Position numbers and translations under genes: made by a program
Notes under the pieces: model-generated
Told to the model about the DNA's origin: nothing
Seen by the model: only the letters and a program-made list of their open reading frames with translations
Databases searched by the model: none
Assembly: GCA_965603825.1 (NCBI GenBank)
Contig: CBFDEM010000012.1
Span: 186,001 to 250,000, forward strand
Direction of reading: 5' to 3'
DNA length: 64,000 nt
Source: Blepharisma stoltei ATCC 30299
Taxonomy: Eukaryota > Protista > Ciliophora
Shown: one piece after another, positions 1-13,599 of the stretch
Numbering within the stretch: position 1 is the stretch's first letter
Layout: each line of letters begins with the position of its first letter

Positions 1-3000
1 GAGACAAGAAGTAGATAAACTTGACCCACAAGGAACCGATAGTTTTGACGAAAAATCAGAGATAGCAGTGTACCATAAGCTGAAATAATAAATAAAGCCT
101 TCAAATCCAGAAGATGTACTTTTTCCTACATACAAAATATCAGATGAAACGTCTTTGAACAGTAAGTTTGTGGATAAAATTGGAGTTCCAGCAACATTGT
201 TTACTGAGGTAACAGTTGTGGTTGAGCCTGATGAATAAGAAACTGTTAAGGACAAATAAGACCACCCACTAAAAGCTGTAGATGAAGTAGTGACTGTCGT
301 TGTAGTTTGAGATGGGCTTTCTAGGATAATATTGGCTATTCCATTAGAAGCCAATTTAACTCTTGCTTGTTTTTGGAATATATCTCCATCTGTAATTGTA
401 TAAATTCAAAGGCCAACTGAAAATTGATAGTTCATATAAATGTTCACATTGGCTTGCAAGTATTGCGAACCTGAAAAATACAGTCCTCTTCCATATGAAG
501 GAACAGGGTCAGTAGAATCTGGGCTAGTAAAAAATTGAGAGGTGGAAGCAGAATTGGAGGTTGTCAATATCCCATAAGATCCTTGGAATATTGTATCAAA
601 ACTCTGGTCAATTATAGTTGATGTTGAGCTTATGCATGAGGGACTCGCTGTAAAACTGTATGGACATTCATTTAAACAGACAGTGTCAACTAAAACTTTT
701 GTGCCTGTGCAAGCACTACACTCGAAATAGTAAGTCTTTAAGCAAATAGAGCACAAATTGTCACAAATTTCACAAGTTCCTGAAGATTGAATCCAAAAAG
801 CATTAGCATTACAAGAACAAACACCTCCTGATAAACCTGCATTTGTGATGCAAGCTGTACAAGGACCATCAAATAAAGTGCAAGCAGTGCATTCCTTGTT
901 TTGGCAAAGTCTACAAGTAAGAGTACTCCTACATCCATAAGGAGAGCAAGATCCATCGCACGTTGTACAGGATCCAGACGAGAAAAAAGAGCCGAACCCA
1001 CAATTATCAGGACAAATCAGCTCAGAAGGGCAATTCGAGCAAGATCCAGAGCAGCCTGAAGTTTGCCACTCGTCCAGGAAATGAGTGTTTCCATTGTATA
1101 TTTTTAGACTCCATAAAAATCCAGTAAAACTGGGGGCTGCATTAGAAGATCCAAGATATAATATGCCAGAATCAATAAAAGGGTAAGCATTCGTTGATGC
1201 TTGACTTGATATTAAGGATCCATCGGTATAAAAAAATATTTTAGTGTATCCGCTCGCGATGTCTCCAGTAAAAGCAATATTGTGCCAATTATTAAATAGA
1301 CTTGTAGATCCTGTCAAAATCACTACGGATGAATCTTGAAGAACCACATTAATACGAGGCCATCCTGATGATGTGAACTGAATTTTGAAGATTTCCGATG
1401 GTGTATTCAGTTTGAGGAAGAGATATCCTTGAGACGTTGCCTTTACCCAAATTGTAACAGTATAGAAGGGAGTGATTGTCAAAGAGCTTAAGGACATGAA
1501 TGATGAACTAGTAAAATAGTAGCCGCGATAAATTGAAGGTACAGGATCATTTGAATCGGTTCATGATGGGTAAGCATTAGAACTTGAAGAGCCAACAGTA
1601 AAGCCACTTGTTGTATCAAGCTTAATTCAGTCTTGTAGAGCAAGGGATACAGGATTACTTGAAGACAAAGTGCATAGGTGATTCGTAGAATCTTGAGTAT
1701 ATCCAGTTGGGCATGAGCTGAGACAGAGTCCGTTTAAGTAGTAATAGCTTGTTAAACAAGATGTGCATTGATAATAGCCTGTCCCTGAGCAACCAGCACA
1801 TCCAGTAGTGCACGCCCAAATACAAGAAAAGCCATCGGCAGAAGCTATATAGTTGGTATCGCATGAGCAAGCAGTTGTTCCTCCTCCAGAGGCATGGGTG
1901 ACACATAAAGTGCATAAGTTAACTCCAAAGCCTGTGCATTGAGCACACAAAGGATCATAACAAATATTGCATGACACTGCTTGTCTGCATCCCAAATTTC
2001 CACAGCTATTGCATGATGTGCAAAATGAAGTTGCATAATATTGACCAATATTACAAGACCAAAGACAAGAACTGTCCAAGCTTGTTCCGCATGGAATAGC
2101 AAACTTAGATGAGAAATCAGTTATCGCAGTATTCCATAAAGTGAAATAATAAATAAAGCCAACAAATGTAGAAGAAGTAGAGCTCTTGCCAAGATACAAA
2201 ACATCAGAAGCTGCATCTCTATAAAGATAAGCTGTATTTGAAAGAGTAGTTCCCGGTGCATTATTCTTATAAGCAGTAATTGTTGTTGCACCGCTTGTAT
2301 AAGTAATTGCAAAAGAAAGATAAGTTCATCCAGAAAATGCTGACAAAGCTGCAGTTGATACTGATGTAGCAGTTTGAGAATGATCTTCTAAAGTTGCTGT
2401 GACAATTCCAGCTGAACTCAATGAAAGTCTGGTTTGCTTTTGTAGGACATCGCCTGCGGTTATTACATAAATTCATAGTCCCATAGAAACGCTGTTGCTA
2501 AAATAAATATTTGTATTCGATACTAAATACTGCCCTCCAGAGAAATAAAGACCTCTTTTATAAGCTGGGATTGGATCTAATGAGTCTGGACTATTCCAAA
2601 ACTGATATGTGGATGCTGATGCTGAAGTTGTAAAAATGCCATATGTTCCAAAGAAATTAGTGTCAAAAGTTTGATCTATAACGGAAGTGGAGGCTACTGT
2701 GCAAGAGGGACTTGTAGAAAATCCATACGGACAAGCGTTTAAACAGACATTTCCAACAAGGACTGCAGACCCACTGCAACCACTGCAAAGGAAATAATAA
2801 GTTCCACTGCAAGTCGAACATAAAGCATCGCATAATTCGCATGTTGCAGATGAAGCCACCCAAAATGCATTAGAATTACAAGAACAAACGCCTCCTGATA
2901 AGCCTGCATTTGTAATACAAGCTGTACAAGGTCCGTCAAATTGTGTGCAGGTAGTGCATTCTCGGTATTGACAAAGTCTGCATGTTTCTGTGCTTCTACA

Positions 3001-6000
3001 CCCATAAGGAGAGCAAGATCCAGCGCACGTTGAGCATGACCCAGAAGATAAAAAGGATCCAAAAGCACAATTATCAGGACAAAGCAACTCAGAAGGACAA
3101 GTCGAGCAACCACTTGGACACCCAGATGTGATTCATTCATCTAAGTAATGAGTATTTCCGTTAAATATTTTAAGACTCCACAAAAACCCTGTAAAGCCAT
3201 TAGCTGAATTTGAATAACCGAGATATAAGGATCCAGAGTCAGAAAAAGGAGATGCGGTACCTGAAACTTGATTTGACTTTAGCACTCCATCTGTATAAAA
3301 ATAAATTTTAGTATTTCCACTTACAATATCTCCTGTAAAAGCTATATTATGCCAGGCATTAAATAAACTAACTGTACCACTCAAAATCACAGCTGTAGAA
3401 TCAGAAAGTTTAAGTGTAATAGTTGGCCATCCTGATGATGTGAAAACAAGTTTGAAAATTTCACTAGATCCATTTAGCTTAAGAAATAAGTTCCCTTGCG
3501 ATGTTGCCTTCACCCAAATTGAAACAGTATAGAAAGGAGTGATTGTTAGAGAGCTTAAAGACATTAATGATGAACTCGTGAAATAGTAGCCTCTATAAAT
3601 AGAAGGCACAGGATCAGTTGAGTCAGTTCATGAAGGATAAGTATTAGAACTAGAAGAGCCAACAGTAAAGCCACTTGTCGTATCAAGCTTAATTCAGTCT
3701 TGCAAAGCAAGGGATACAGGAGTAGTTGAAGACAAAGTACATAGGTGATTCGTAGAATCCTGAGTATATCCAGTTGGGCATGAGCTGAGACAGAGTCCGT
3801 TTAAGTAGTAATAGCTTGTTAAACAAGATGTGCATTGATAATAGCCTGTTCCTGAGCAACCAGCACATCCAGTAGTGCACGCCCAAATACAAGAAAAGCC
3901 ATCGGCAGAAGCTATATAGTTGGTATCGCATGAGCAAGCAGTTGTTCCTCCCCCAGAAGCATGAGTGACACATAAAGTACATAAGTTAACTCCAAAGCCT
4001 GTGCATTGAGCACACAAAGGATCATAGCAAATATTGCATGACACTGCTTGCCTGCATCCCAAATTTCCACAGCTATTGCATGATGTGCAAGATGACGTAG
4101 CATAATATTGGCCAATATTGCAAGACCAAAGACAAGAGGTAACTAAACTAGTTCCACAGGGTATTGTAAATTTAGACGAGAAATCAGTTATTGCAGTATT
4201 CCATAAAGTGAAATAATAAATAAAGCCAACAAATGTAGAAGAAGTAGAGCTCTTGCCAAGATACAAAACATCAGAAGCTGCATCTCTATAAAGATAAGCT
4301 GTATTTGAAAGAGTAGTTCCCGGTGCATTATTCTTATAAGAAGTAATTGTTGTTGCTCCACTCGTATAAGTAATTGTAAAAGAGAGATAAGTCCATCCAG
4401 AAAATGCTGACAAAGCTGTAGTCGATGCTGATGTAGTAGTTTGAGATGGATTTTCTAAAGTTGCTGTAACAACTCCAGCTGAACTGAACGAAAGTCTTGT
4501 TTGCTTTTGAAGGATATCACCTGCGGTTATCACATAAATTCATAGTCCCATTGAAACGCTGTTGCTTAAATAAATGTTTGCATTCGATACTAAATACTGA
4601 CCTCCAGAGAAATAAAGCCCTCTTTTATAAGCTGGAACAGGATCTAATGAGTCTGGACTATTCCAAAATTGATAGGTGGAAGCTGATGTTGAAGTTGTAA
4701 AAATTCCATATGTTCCAAGGAAATTAGTGTCAAAAGTTTGATCTATAACTGTAGTTGAAGCAACAGTGCATGACGGACTAGAAGTAAATCCATACGGGCA
4801 TGCATTCAAACAAACATTTCCCACGAGAATCGCTGATCCACTGCAAGCACTGCACAGGAAGTAATAAGTTCCAGTACAAGTCGCGCATAAAATGTCGCAT
4901 ACATCACATGTTGCAGTTGAAGCAACCCAAAATGCATTAGAATTGCAAGAACAAACACCTCCTGACAAGCTGGCATTTGTTATACAAGCAGTGCAAGGCC
5001 CATCAAATAAAGTGCAGGTTGTGCATTCCTTATACTTGCAAAGTCTACAGGTATCTGTGCTTCTACAACCATAGGGCGAACAAGATCCTGCGCACGATGA
5101 ACAAGATCCTGACGATAAAAAGTACCCAAATAGGCAAGTGCTAGGACAAAGCAATTCTGAGGGGCACGTCGAGCACCCACTAGCGCAACCAGTCGTTTTT
5201 CATTCGCTATTATAAAGAGTATTGTCATTATACACTTTAACGCTTCATAAGAATCCAGTGAATCCATTTGAGCTTGATTGTCTTCCAATATAAAGCATTC
5301 CTGAATCTACAAATGGGGATGCATTAGAAGAAGTGGCACTAGTGACAGATGCCCCATCAATATAAAGGCTTATAACTGTCTTTCCACTTCCATTAATTGT
5401 ACTTGTGAACGCTATGTTATGCCAAGCATTGAATTGGGTTGTCGATCCAGTAACTGTGACTGTCGAAGCATCATTGAGTTTAAGCGCAAGAGAAGGATAG
5501 CCTGATGAAGTTAGGGTAAGGAGAAAAACATTAACAGTGCTAAACTTGGTTACAACGTTTCCTTGGGCAGTCGGATTGATCCACATAGTGACTGTGAAAT
5601 AAGGGGATATTGAGAGTGAAGATAAAGTCATATAGTAGGTACTTGTAAAGTAATAGCCTCTATAAATAGAAGGAATTGGATCAGTCGACTCCCAGGTCGG
5701 GTAGGTATTTGCATTAGATGCTCCTACGGTAAGACCACTGAGGGTATCGAGAATAATTTGGTTCTGAAAAGCAATTGAAAGAGCAGTGGTTATGGAAAGC
5801 GTGCAAACCTTATTGGTTGAGTCTTGAGTATACCCAGCAGGACATGAACTGAGACACATTGTGGTTAAAAAGTAATAGCTTGATAAGCAAGAGCTGCATT
5901 GATAATAGCTTCCTCCCGTGCATGTAGCACAACCTGTTGGGCAGCTTGTGCAAGTAAATCCGTCTGAGTTATAAGACCCTGGATTGCATGAGCACGCAAC

Positions 6001-7080
6001 TGCCCCGCCTCCTGAAGCATTCGTGGTGCATGTAGTGCATAAGCCTGAAGCCCATCCTGTGCAAACAGCACAAAGAGGATCATTGCAATTGCATTTATTA
6101 GCTCCAATGCATCCATTTGTGCATTGGCTTGCACAAGATACACAGCTGGAGCCACTCCAATATTTTCCAAATGAGCAATTAATAAAGCATGAGTTTGTTC
6201 CTGATCCACAAACAGCACTATATTCTGTTGCCCAGCCTGAGTAGTTTGTATTCCAAAATTTAAAGTTATATACCCAGCCATTAAAATTTCCGTTTGGCCC
6301 TTTTCCAATAATAAGTGTTTGGCTTCCTGCCTGATATCATCTGAGCAGCTGATCATTTGTAGTAGTTGTTTGATCAGCGACTGTATTCAAATATTGAACC
6401 ATTGTCGTGTCTCCATTGGAAGAGGAATAAGAGACTGTATACGAAAGGAATCATCATATATTGTTGGATGTATTGGGGTTATTGCCTGTATTTATTGTTG
6501 ATCCTTGGTTTCCATTTTTTTGCTCTAAAACAAGTCTTAATCCACCTTGCGCATTGACTCTTAAAACTTCATCTCCTGATCCTGGTTTTATATATAAAAG
6601 ATCATTGCTAGATGAGACGGATTTATATCATAAGCACAGAGCAACATTATAATTAGGATAAAATGCACCTGAGGTTGCTATGTAATCACCACCGGAAAAG
6701 TATAATCCTTGCTGATAAGCTGGAATTGGATCTACACTTTCAGGACTCCAAAAGAATTGATAAGTTGATGAGCTAGTCGCTGTAATAAAAGGGCCATATG
6801 ATCCACTGAATAAAGGTTGATCGAAAGTTACGTCAACTACAGCATTTGTATTAACAGTGCAAGAAGGAGATGTAGCGAATTCATAAGGGCAATTAGGCAA
6901 GCAAACGTTATTCAGCATTATTGTTGTAGACGGGGTAGTTCTGCATGTGGTGCATTGAAACGCTGTACCAGCGATACAGTTTGCACAAAGATCTTGATCG
7001 CACCCAGTTCCAGCACTAACTAGAGAAGATATATAAAGTAGCAACACAATAAATTTGAGAAAGCTTTTTACCAAAGACAT
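1..7080 (-). CDS. Giant secreted/surface Cys-rich repeat protein (furin-like Cys repeats alternating with LamG/ConA-like modules); >2360 aa, 3' end outside window
   Basis: Eight ORF-track fragments share one frame and are separated only by TGA. N-terminal signal peptide (MSLVKSFLKFIVLLLYISSLVSA). CxxCxxxCxxC arrays alternate with modules carrying DPxPxxxRGxYF, WHNIAFT, LYLG and FTGFLW. Repeat period 2067 nt. Confidence 0.85.
60..6700 (-). repeat. Internal coding tandem repeat, 2067-nt (689-aa) period, about 3.3 units
   Basis: Homologous positions are offset by exactly 2067 nt (406/2473/4540; 1066/3133; 1627/3694; 3178/5245). Confidence 0.9.
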
Positions 7081-8357
7081 AGATTCTCCTAATTATTAAT
7101 TATAAGGTAAAATTACCTTTAAAGATAGATTAACATAATTTAAAAATGCATTTCTCTTGATTTTTGTCGAAATAATCTATGTCAGTTATATTTGGTTTCT
7201 TTTTTAGAGCTATATATTTGGCAAATTAAGTAAGATGATACTTTTAGCATTTGAGGAATTCTCTATGCACCCTAGTTCTCTAAATTGGAGAGCAGACAAT
7301 AATTTTGTAAAAAAGAATAAGGTGGATCAGAATTTCTTATTCTTTTACTGGATATTTTACCGGTTTATCAATGAAATATGGGCTAAAAATTGATAGGATA
7401 ATTTTCGTAAGCAAGTTATAGCTGTTGAAAGTACAACATACATAAAGGAATTTGATCTCAGATATTTTAATCATTAGCTAAATTATTTTATTAATTTTAT
7501 CAAAGGTTTTGACTTCTTCTATTACAGGCGACTTCTCAAAAAAAAAATTCACAAAAGTAAAAGAATTAAATATTAATTTTATGATTATTTTTCACCACTT
7601 AATAGTGCTTATTGCCAAAAAGGAAAAAATTATCAGCTTATCATGAACATCGTGCAGTTGGTGTGGAGCACCCATAAAAGGAATGCGAATTGCTATGGAG
7701 AAACTTGGAACGACTGGAATTGGAGAGAAAATAGATTATGTGGATTAATTGTAAAATTTTATATGGTCTACATTTGAGAATCAAGTGGATTATTCATTGG
7801 AATTTTTGGAATCCTCTTTTAGCGCTACAAGCATCTGTTTAAATTGGAGATATTTTTTTGTTATAATTCAAAAAGGGGAAGTCAGCGGAATTTTCAAAAT
7901 GCCCTTTTTAGATTTCACCTGTAGCAGAAAAGCCAAAAGCTTATATTAATTCAATATTTGATTTTAAGCAAAAATTTACACAGCCTTTTAATAATAGTTT
8001 GATTCTAACATTGTAGGGAAGTTTATAGTTAAACTAGCGAATTTTTGAAAATTCTGGAAATAATTAAATAATGTATCAACTTTTGCATTTAATCCGAATA
8101 ATATCCATTTTTCTCTTAATTTTCGATCGATTTAAGGCAATTATTATATGCTTTTTTATGCCTTACAAATTATAAGAGATTTTACTTCAAATTTCTAATT
8201 TAAAGCAATTATCATAAATAACAAATTTATTCATATCTAAAAGCTTAAAAAATTCTAATGTTAAGAGATATGATTATTCATAATTGCTTATTAATGTAAA
8301 ATAATTTTTTAAATTACTATCACCCTCTTATAATATCAACATCAATTTCATAATAAA

Positions 8358-9530
8358 ATGCCAAGAACAACTCCCTTTACATGCAGCAAGTTTCTAGGAA
8401 ATTTTTTTGTTATTTTTGTATTCTTGGTATTATCATTCATTTATTCAAGTGTCCTAAAGGTCTTTGGCCCTTATTATAAAGGTATCCTACATATAGAGAG
8501 ATCTACTTTTCCAATATTAGCAATTTTTCATTTCACAACATTTATGTTTATTTGATCTTTTTTCAAAACAATGCTCACAGATCCTGGAATAGTTCCTCCT
8601 TTATGGGGGTTTTATATGGGAGATTCTGAAACAAAAAGACGGCGATATTGCTTAATGTGCCATGTATTTAAACCTGATCGATGCCACCATTGCTCAGCTT
8701 GTAATAGATGCGTGCTCAATATGGACCATCACTGCCCATGAATCAACAACTGTGTAGGCTTTTTCAACAGAAAATATTTCATCTTGCTGCTTATTTATGC
8801 CCTACTAACATTGTATGTAGTTGCAATTTCGATGTTCCAACCGATTTATGAAAAAGTAAGAACAATTATTGAAAAGCGAGACATCCACGCATATTCCGAA
8901 GGCTTCATAATAGCTGCATACACATTAGACTGCTTATTAACGATGATTTTAACAATGTTTTTCAAATTTCACTTGAAATTAGTGTTTTCGAATGGGACTA
9001 CTATAGAAACGATGGACAAAAATGCTATAGGAAAAGGAGCATCTTATAATAAAGGTGTGAAACGAAACTTTGAACAGGTCTTCGGAAGAAATCCTTGGCT
9101 TTGGCTTTTACCCATAACTGGTGAGTCTGGAAAACCCATTGGAGATGGCGTCGTTTGGGTTGAAAGCTACCAGAATCTTGAAGAAGAAGCTCCTGGAAAC
9201 GAAGCTGAGCAGCAAAGATTTTCTCCTACGCTTAACGATAATAAAATTCCACAAGATGAAGCAAAAGGGGTTGCTGCAAAAGTCTTAATGAGCCCGCCAC
9301 TTAGAAAAATTAATGATTCATTGGAAGAAGATTCAAGAGCAAGAGAATTAAACAAATATGCCCGGCCTACTGTAAAAAGAATTCAAAGCATACCAAAAGA
9401 GATGAGTACTGGGGCAGATTCTTATCCGTCGTCAAGTAGAATGGAAGTTGTAAATGCAGGCCAAAAAATAGATAGCGGAAGACCAATTGGCAAACAATTT
9501 CATGAAACTATGAGCAGTCCTGAGATCTAA
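8358..9530 (+). CDS. DHHC palmitoyltransferase (probable 15-nt intron 8482-8496)
   Basis: [30 protein letters not shown][TGA=W]INNCVG, plus TTIE and NPWLWLLP motifs. TGA at 8553 and 8739 read as Trp. Confidence 0.92.
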
Positions 9531-9946
9531 TTTAATCAAAAATAATTATGAAAATAAACAAATTTTAAAATCTTGTGCTAAATTTAGCAATAATTGTATT
9601 TAAATTCTTTAATTTTACTTAAAAAGCCCAAAAAATATTCATTGGATTTATGTTTTGCAGCATAAGTTAGAATCAAAGATTGTATTATCAATAAAGGAAT
9701 TTTATTGGAATGCTATGCATGTGAAAGCGTGGAGACATTTAACACTAAAAATGTATTTTTCATTATATTAAATTTATATTCTAATAACAAAATCATCAGG
9801 AAAGCAGAGCAATTTAATAAATGTGATATTAATAATAATGGAGAGTAATTACCCAATGATTATCAAATTTTATGCATTTAATCAATAATTTCGAGCTAAT
9901 TCTTTAAACTAATAAATTGATTAATAATTAAAGCAATAAACCAAAA

Positions 9947-10951
9947 ATGGATGAATGGGTTCCACTCCATGAGCGAAAAGAATGACAAGATGTCGTCCCA
10001 ATTCCTGAGTTTTCTCCTAAAGCTCCTATTGCTCCCATAAAATACTCGCCAGAATGTAAAAAATATTTAGTTGATGAAATCATGTCTTATTTTCGAGCCA
10101 TCTTACAATCCCAAGAAGTTTCTGAAAGAGCCTTCAAGCTTACTACAGAAACAGTCAATGCAAGTCCTGGATTTTATACAGCATGGCACTATAGGCGGTT
10201 TTTATTAGATAAATTAAACATATCAATCGTTGATGAGCTTAATTTTTTGACAGAACTCGCATCAAATCATCCCAAAAACTATCAGATTTGGTACTATCGT
10301 AGAGAATTAATGAACAAACTGCAAAATCCGTCATCAGAATTGGAGTTTGTAAATATGATGCTTGAAATCGATGAAAAAAATATTCATGCTTGGGGATATA
10401 GACAATGGGTTATTCAAAAATTCAATCTATGGGAAGATGAGCTTAAATTCACTGATGAATTGATTCAAAGAGATCCAAGAAATAACTCAGCATGAAGCGA
10501 GCGCTATTTTGTGATATCAAAAACAGAAAATCTAAATGATTTTGAAGTCAAGATGAGGGAAATTAGTTATGCCTTAAATTCTATCGAAGAAATCCCAGCT
10601 AATGAAAGTGCATGGAATTACATAAGAGGATTGTATGTAGAAGAACTATCAGATGAAATCAAAAAAGTGATGGTAAAAATTATTGATAATAAAGGATATA
10701 ATGTATATCTATTGCAATGCCTAGAATTTATATATAACAAACAAAGGAAAGGGGACTTGGAGACTGTTGTGTGCAAGCTGCTCCAATCAGTGGATTATAT
10801 AAGAAAATCATATTGGAAGTGGAGAGAAACATCAGCAAAAGGAAAGAATTTAAGCAGGTCTGCCATAGATTTGCAGCTGATTCCTATGCTAATCCCAAAA
10901 CAACCTTTCTCAAGTGTGATGGCACTTTATTACAGTCAAGCTTTAAGTTAA
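9947..10951 (+). CDS. FNTA: Protein farnesyltransferase/GGTase-I alpha subunit (15-nt intron 10056-10070)
   Basis: PPTA repeats YTAWHYR, KNYQIWYYR, KNIHAWGYR, RNNSA[TGA=W], NESAWNY. N-terminal E[W]QDVVPIP. Spliced YSPEFDEIMSYFRAIL fits the family spacing. Confidence 0.9.
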
Positions 10952-11004
10952 AATCAAATTTATTAATAAATCCTTAAACTGTCCCTCTGAATTATAGAAC
11001 ACTG

Positions 11005-11775
11005 CTAAATTACTTTAAACTTTTCAAAGGAAACTGTTTTCTGCATTTTATCTTCAGCTGAAATGCTCACTCTTTCAATAATATTTGGTGCCTTATTAAA
11101 AGCCTGAAATTTGCTATATATTTCTTTTTCACTCACGCCTTTGATATATTCTTGATATTCAGGATCCTCCTTCACCAATTGCAAGGCTGGATGCAGCTCA
11201 TTTTGGTCCAATTCTGCAGCTTCATATTTCCTCATCAATTTATCAAATAAAGCTTGCTGCACCATTTCGTCTCTTCTTTTGTTATTCCATAGCAGAGATG
11301 AGGCAAATCCTGAAACCAAAAACGAATACAAAATAATCGCCATTGTCCCAAGTTTAGGATGTGTAGCATCTTGATCTGTGAAAAAAGGCTTATAAGTGAC
11401 CCCCAGCCTATCTTCTTTAATTGGGACTTCTAGATCAAGAGGACGAAAATTAATGTATTCTCTTATTTTGTCGTCTCGCAAAACACTGCTAACTTTTCCA
11501 TCATATTTTGGTCTTTTGCTGACAAATCCTTCTTCTGTGGGGATTGCAGAATTTTCAATTTTTTCGAAGTGCTTTTTGAGGATTCCATAGGCTTCTGTGA
11601 TTTCTTTGAATTTTTCGGCTGCATTTTCGTCAGTTTTGTTGATATCGGGATGGTATTTCATGACGAGCTTTTTGTAAGCATCTTTTGCTTCTTGCTGGGT
11701 CGCGTTTTGCTTGAGGCCTAGTATGGAGTGTGGACTCCGAATGACTGAATACCACCTTTTAGTGAATTTAATCAT
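11005..11775 (-). CDS. DnaJ-domain protein with one TM segment, probably mitochondrial
   Basis: J-domain with HPD (KYHPDINK...FKEITEAY), basic N-terminal presequence-like stretch, hydrophobic segment [19 protein letters not shown]. Confidence 0.85.
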   Translation of the reverse strand: MIKFTKRWYSVIRSPHSILGLKQNATQQEAKDAYKKLVMKYHPDINKTDENAAEKFKEITEAYGILKKHFEKIENSAIPTEEGFVSKRPKYDGKVSSVLRDDKIREYINFRPLDLEVPIKEDRLGVTYKPFFTDQDATHPKLGTMAIILYSFLVSGFASSLLWNNKRRDEMVQQALFDKLMRKYEAAELDQNELHPALQLVKEDPEYQEYIKGVSEKEIYSKFQAFNKAPNIIERVSISAEDKMQKTVSFEKFKVI

Positions 11776-12159
11776 TATTTTGAATTAAAAATTTAATTAT
11801 TAATTATGCTGCTCTTATGCAGTTATATATTACATTTTAATCGATTTTAAATATATTATATATTGCAAATAAGCAATTTTTAGATATGAAAAATCAGTAT
11901 CTCTTTTGATTTTTTAATTAAATAACAAATAGCTCATGCGCACTAGAAGCAGCTTGAGCATCACCAATTCTACTTCATTTCTAGCAGTAAAGGGGAAAAT
12001 AATAGACCTGCATTTATTTTCCATTTTTTAGCAATTTCTAGTCATAAATTTTAATAATTTTATACATATATTATGCCTATTGCTTTATAGCTTAACCATA
12101 AATATTTCCAAAGAAACCTTTTTTTCCTATTGGAGGTTAAAAATTGTTAATAAATTAAT

Positions 12160-12405
12160 ATGTCAACAGCAGTTGAAGATATCGAAATTGAGAAATTTCA
12201 AGTAAAAAACATTTAGGATGAATTTAAATCACTTTTCAACTCCGAGCAAGCAGCCAACCTAATTGATTCCTTTCGCTTGCTTGAACTGTAAAGCCTAATC
12301 AGGAATTTCCTATCTTTTCAAAGAGGGTTAGATTACAATTGTACACTAGTTGGAGACATCCCAACAGAGAAGATCTCAGCAATTTGGGAAGCTCATTTTG
12401 CCTAA
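12160..12405 (+). CDS. Small uncharacterised protein (71 aa), paralog 1; introns 12202-12216 and 12288-12302
   Basis: Removing two canonical 15-nt introns gives MSTAVEDIEIEKFQDEFKSLFNSEQAANLIDSFRLLELNFLSFQRGLDYNCTLVGDIPTEKISAIWEAHFA, colinear with the 13600 paralog. Confidence 0.7.
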
Positions 12406-13599
12406 CAAGTATTCTAAATAATCGAAAATTATCGCTTATTTAAACCCTTAGTTTTAATTAAAACCAAGCTAATTTTGCCATAAACGTCATCAAAATGGGA
12501 TCTTTTATAATGACTTAAATTTTATAATTTTTCAATTTTTATAGATGATTAATAAGCACTTAGGCGAAAGAACAAAGAGATCCACTGGAAAGTTCAAAAT
12601 CATTTATTATAAATGATCTACTAGTTATCCCCTGATATAAACCTATACAAAGGACTCATTGTATAGTCTTTCAAATTTTATTGTATATTAGTTTTTACTT
12701 GTTTCAAATCAATCGCGATAACAACAACAAAACTTTAAATGAAATCTGCTCAACATTCATTTATGGGTATAATTTTATGAATTCATATTACTGATTTACT
12801 TTATTTCTTTATTTCTTTCTTTCTATCCAGTTTTTAATGAATCCGCATAATGAGTTAGGTTTGCATAGTCTTGATCTTTAACTTCTTAATCGTGACGTAA
12901 TAGATCTAATTACCCGATTAAATTAGGCCGCAAAGCTTTCATCAATTGATGCGGATTTCTGCTAAGCTACCAAGCCTTATTTGCGGATTGCCTCACTCTT
13001 ATATGACTCTGGAGGTTATTTAGCCAGGTCTCCCTCATTAGGAGCGTTGAGAGGCGAAACCATATGCCCTAAATAAGTTAAGGCTCTAATAGCTGAATAA
13101 AAGTCCACAGGGAATATAATAGTATGTCGCTAGGATGGAAAAGTTTCGGATAGAACTTGATCTGGTGAAGCAATTATATTATTTATATTTAATATTGGTA
13201 AACAAAAATGTTTTCACTGGACATTATAACTTAATAATAATCACTTTTTTTGATACAACGTGGTTTTGAAACCGATAGCACCTTAGTAGTAATAATTAGA
13301 AATTGAGATTTTTTGTATTAATTTAATATATTTTTAGCGTTTATTATAAAGAAAAATCAAAACGCTCAAGTTGAAGTATAAATATCCAGTTCCTTCCTCT
13401 ATAAATAATTTTTTTCCCTCTTAGCTCTATAATTAATTTTTAGTCGAATCAATTTTCTATTAAAAAGCTTAATAATTATAAAAAAATCATTTTGCCTTAT
13501 AATTTAACTAATTTCATTGGGGACCTAAGTCCTAATTATTAATCCTTGTCCTACAATTCTTATGTTCAAAAATTCAGAAAAAACATCTGGGAGTAATAA

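Noticed and set aside
13026-13061. Hammerhead-like GGTC...GAAACC arrangement
   Set aside because: The core reads GCGTTGA instead of CTGANGA, and stem II would be a single pair.
12838-13161. 107-codon frame open if TAA/TAG=Gln (foreign ciliate code)
   Set aside because: Six TAR codons and no TGA over this length is about what chance gives; an opposite-strand frame behaves similarly.
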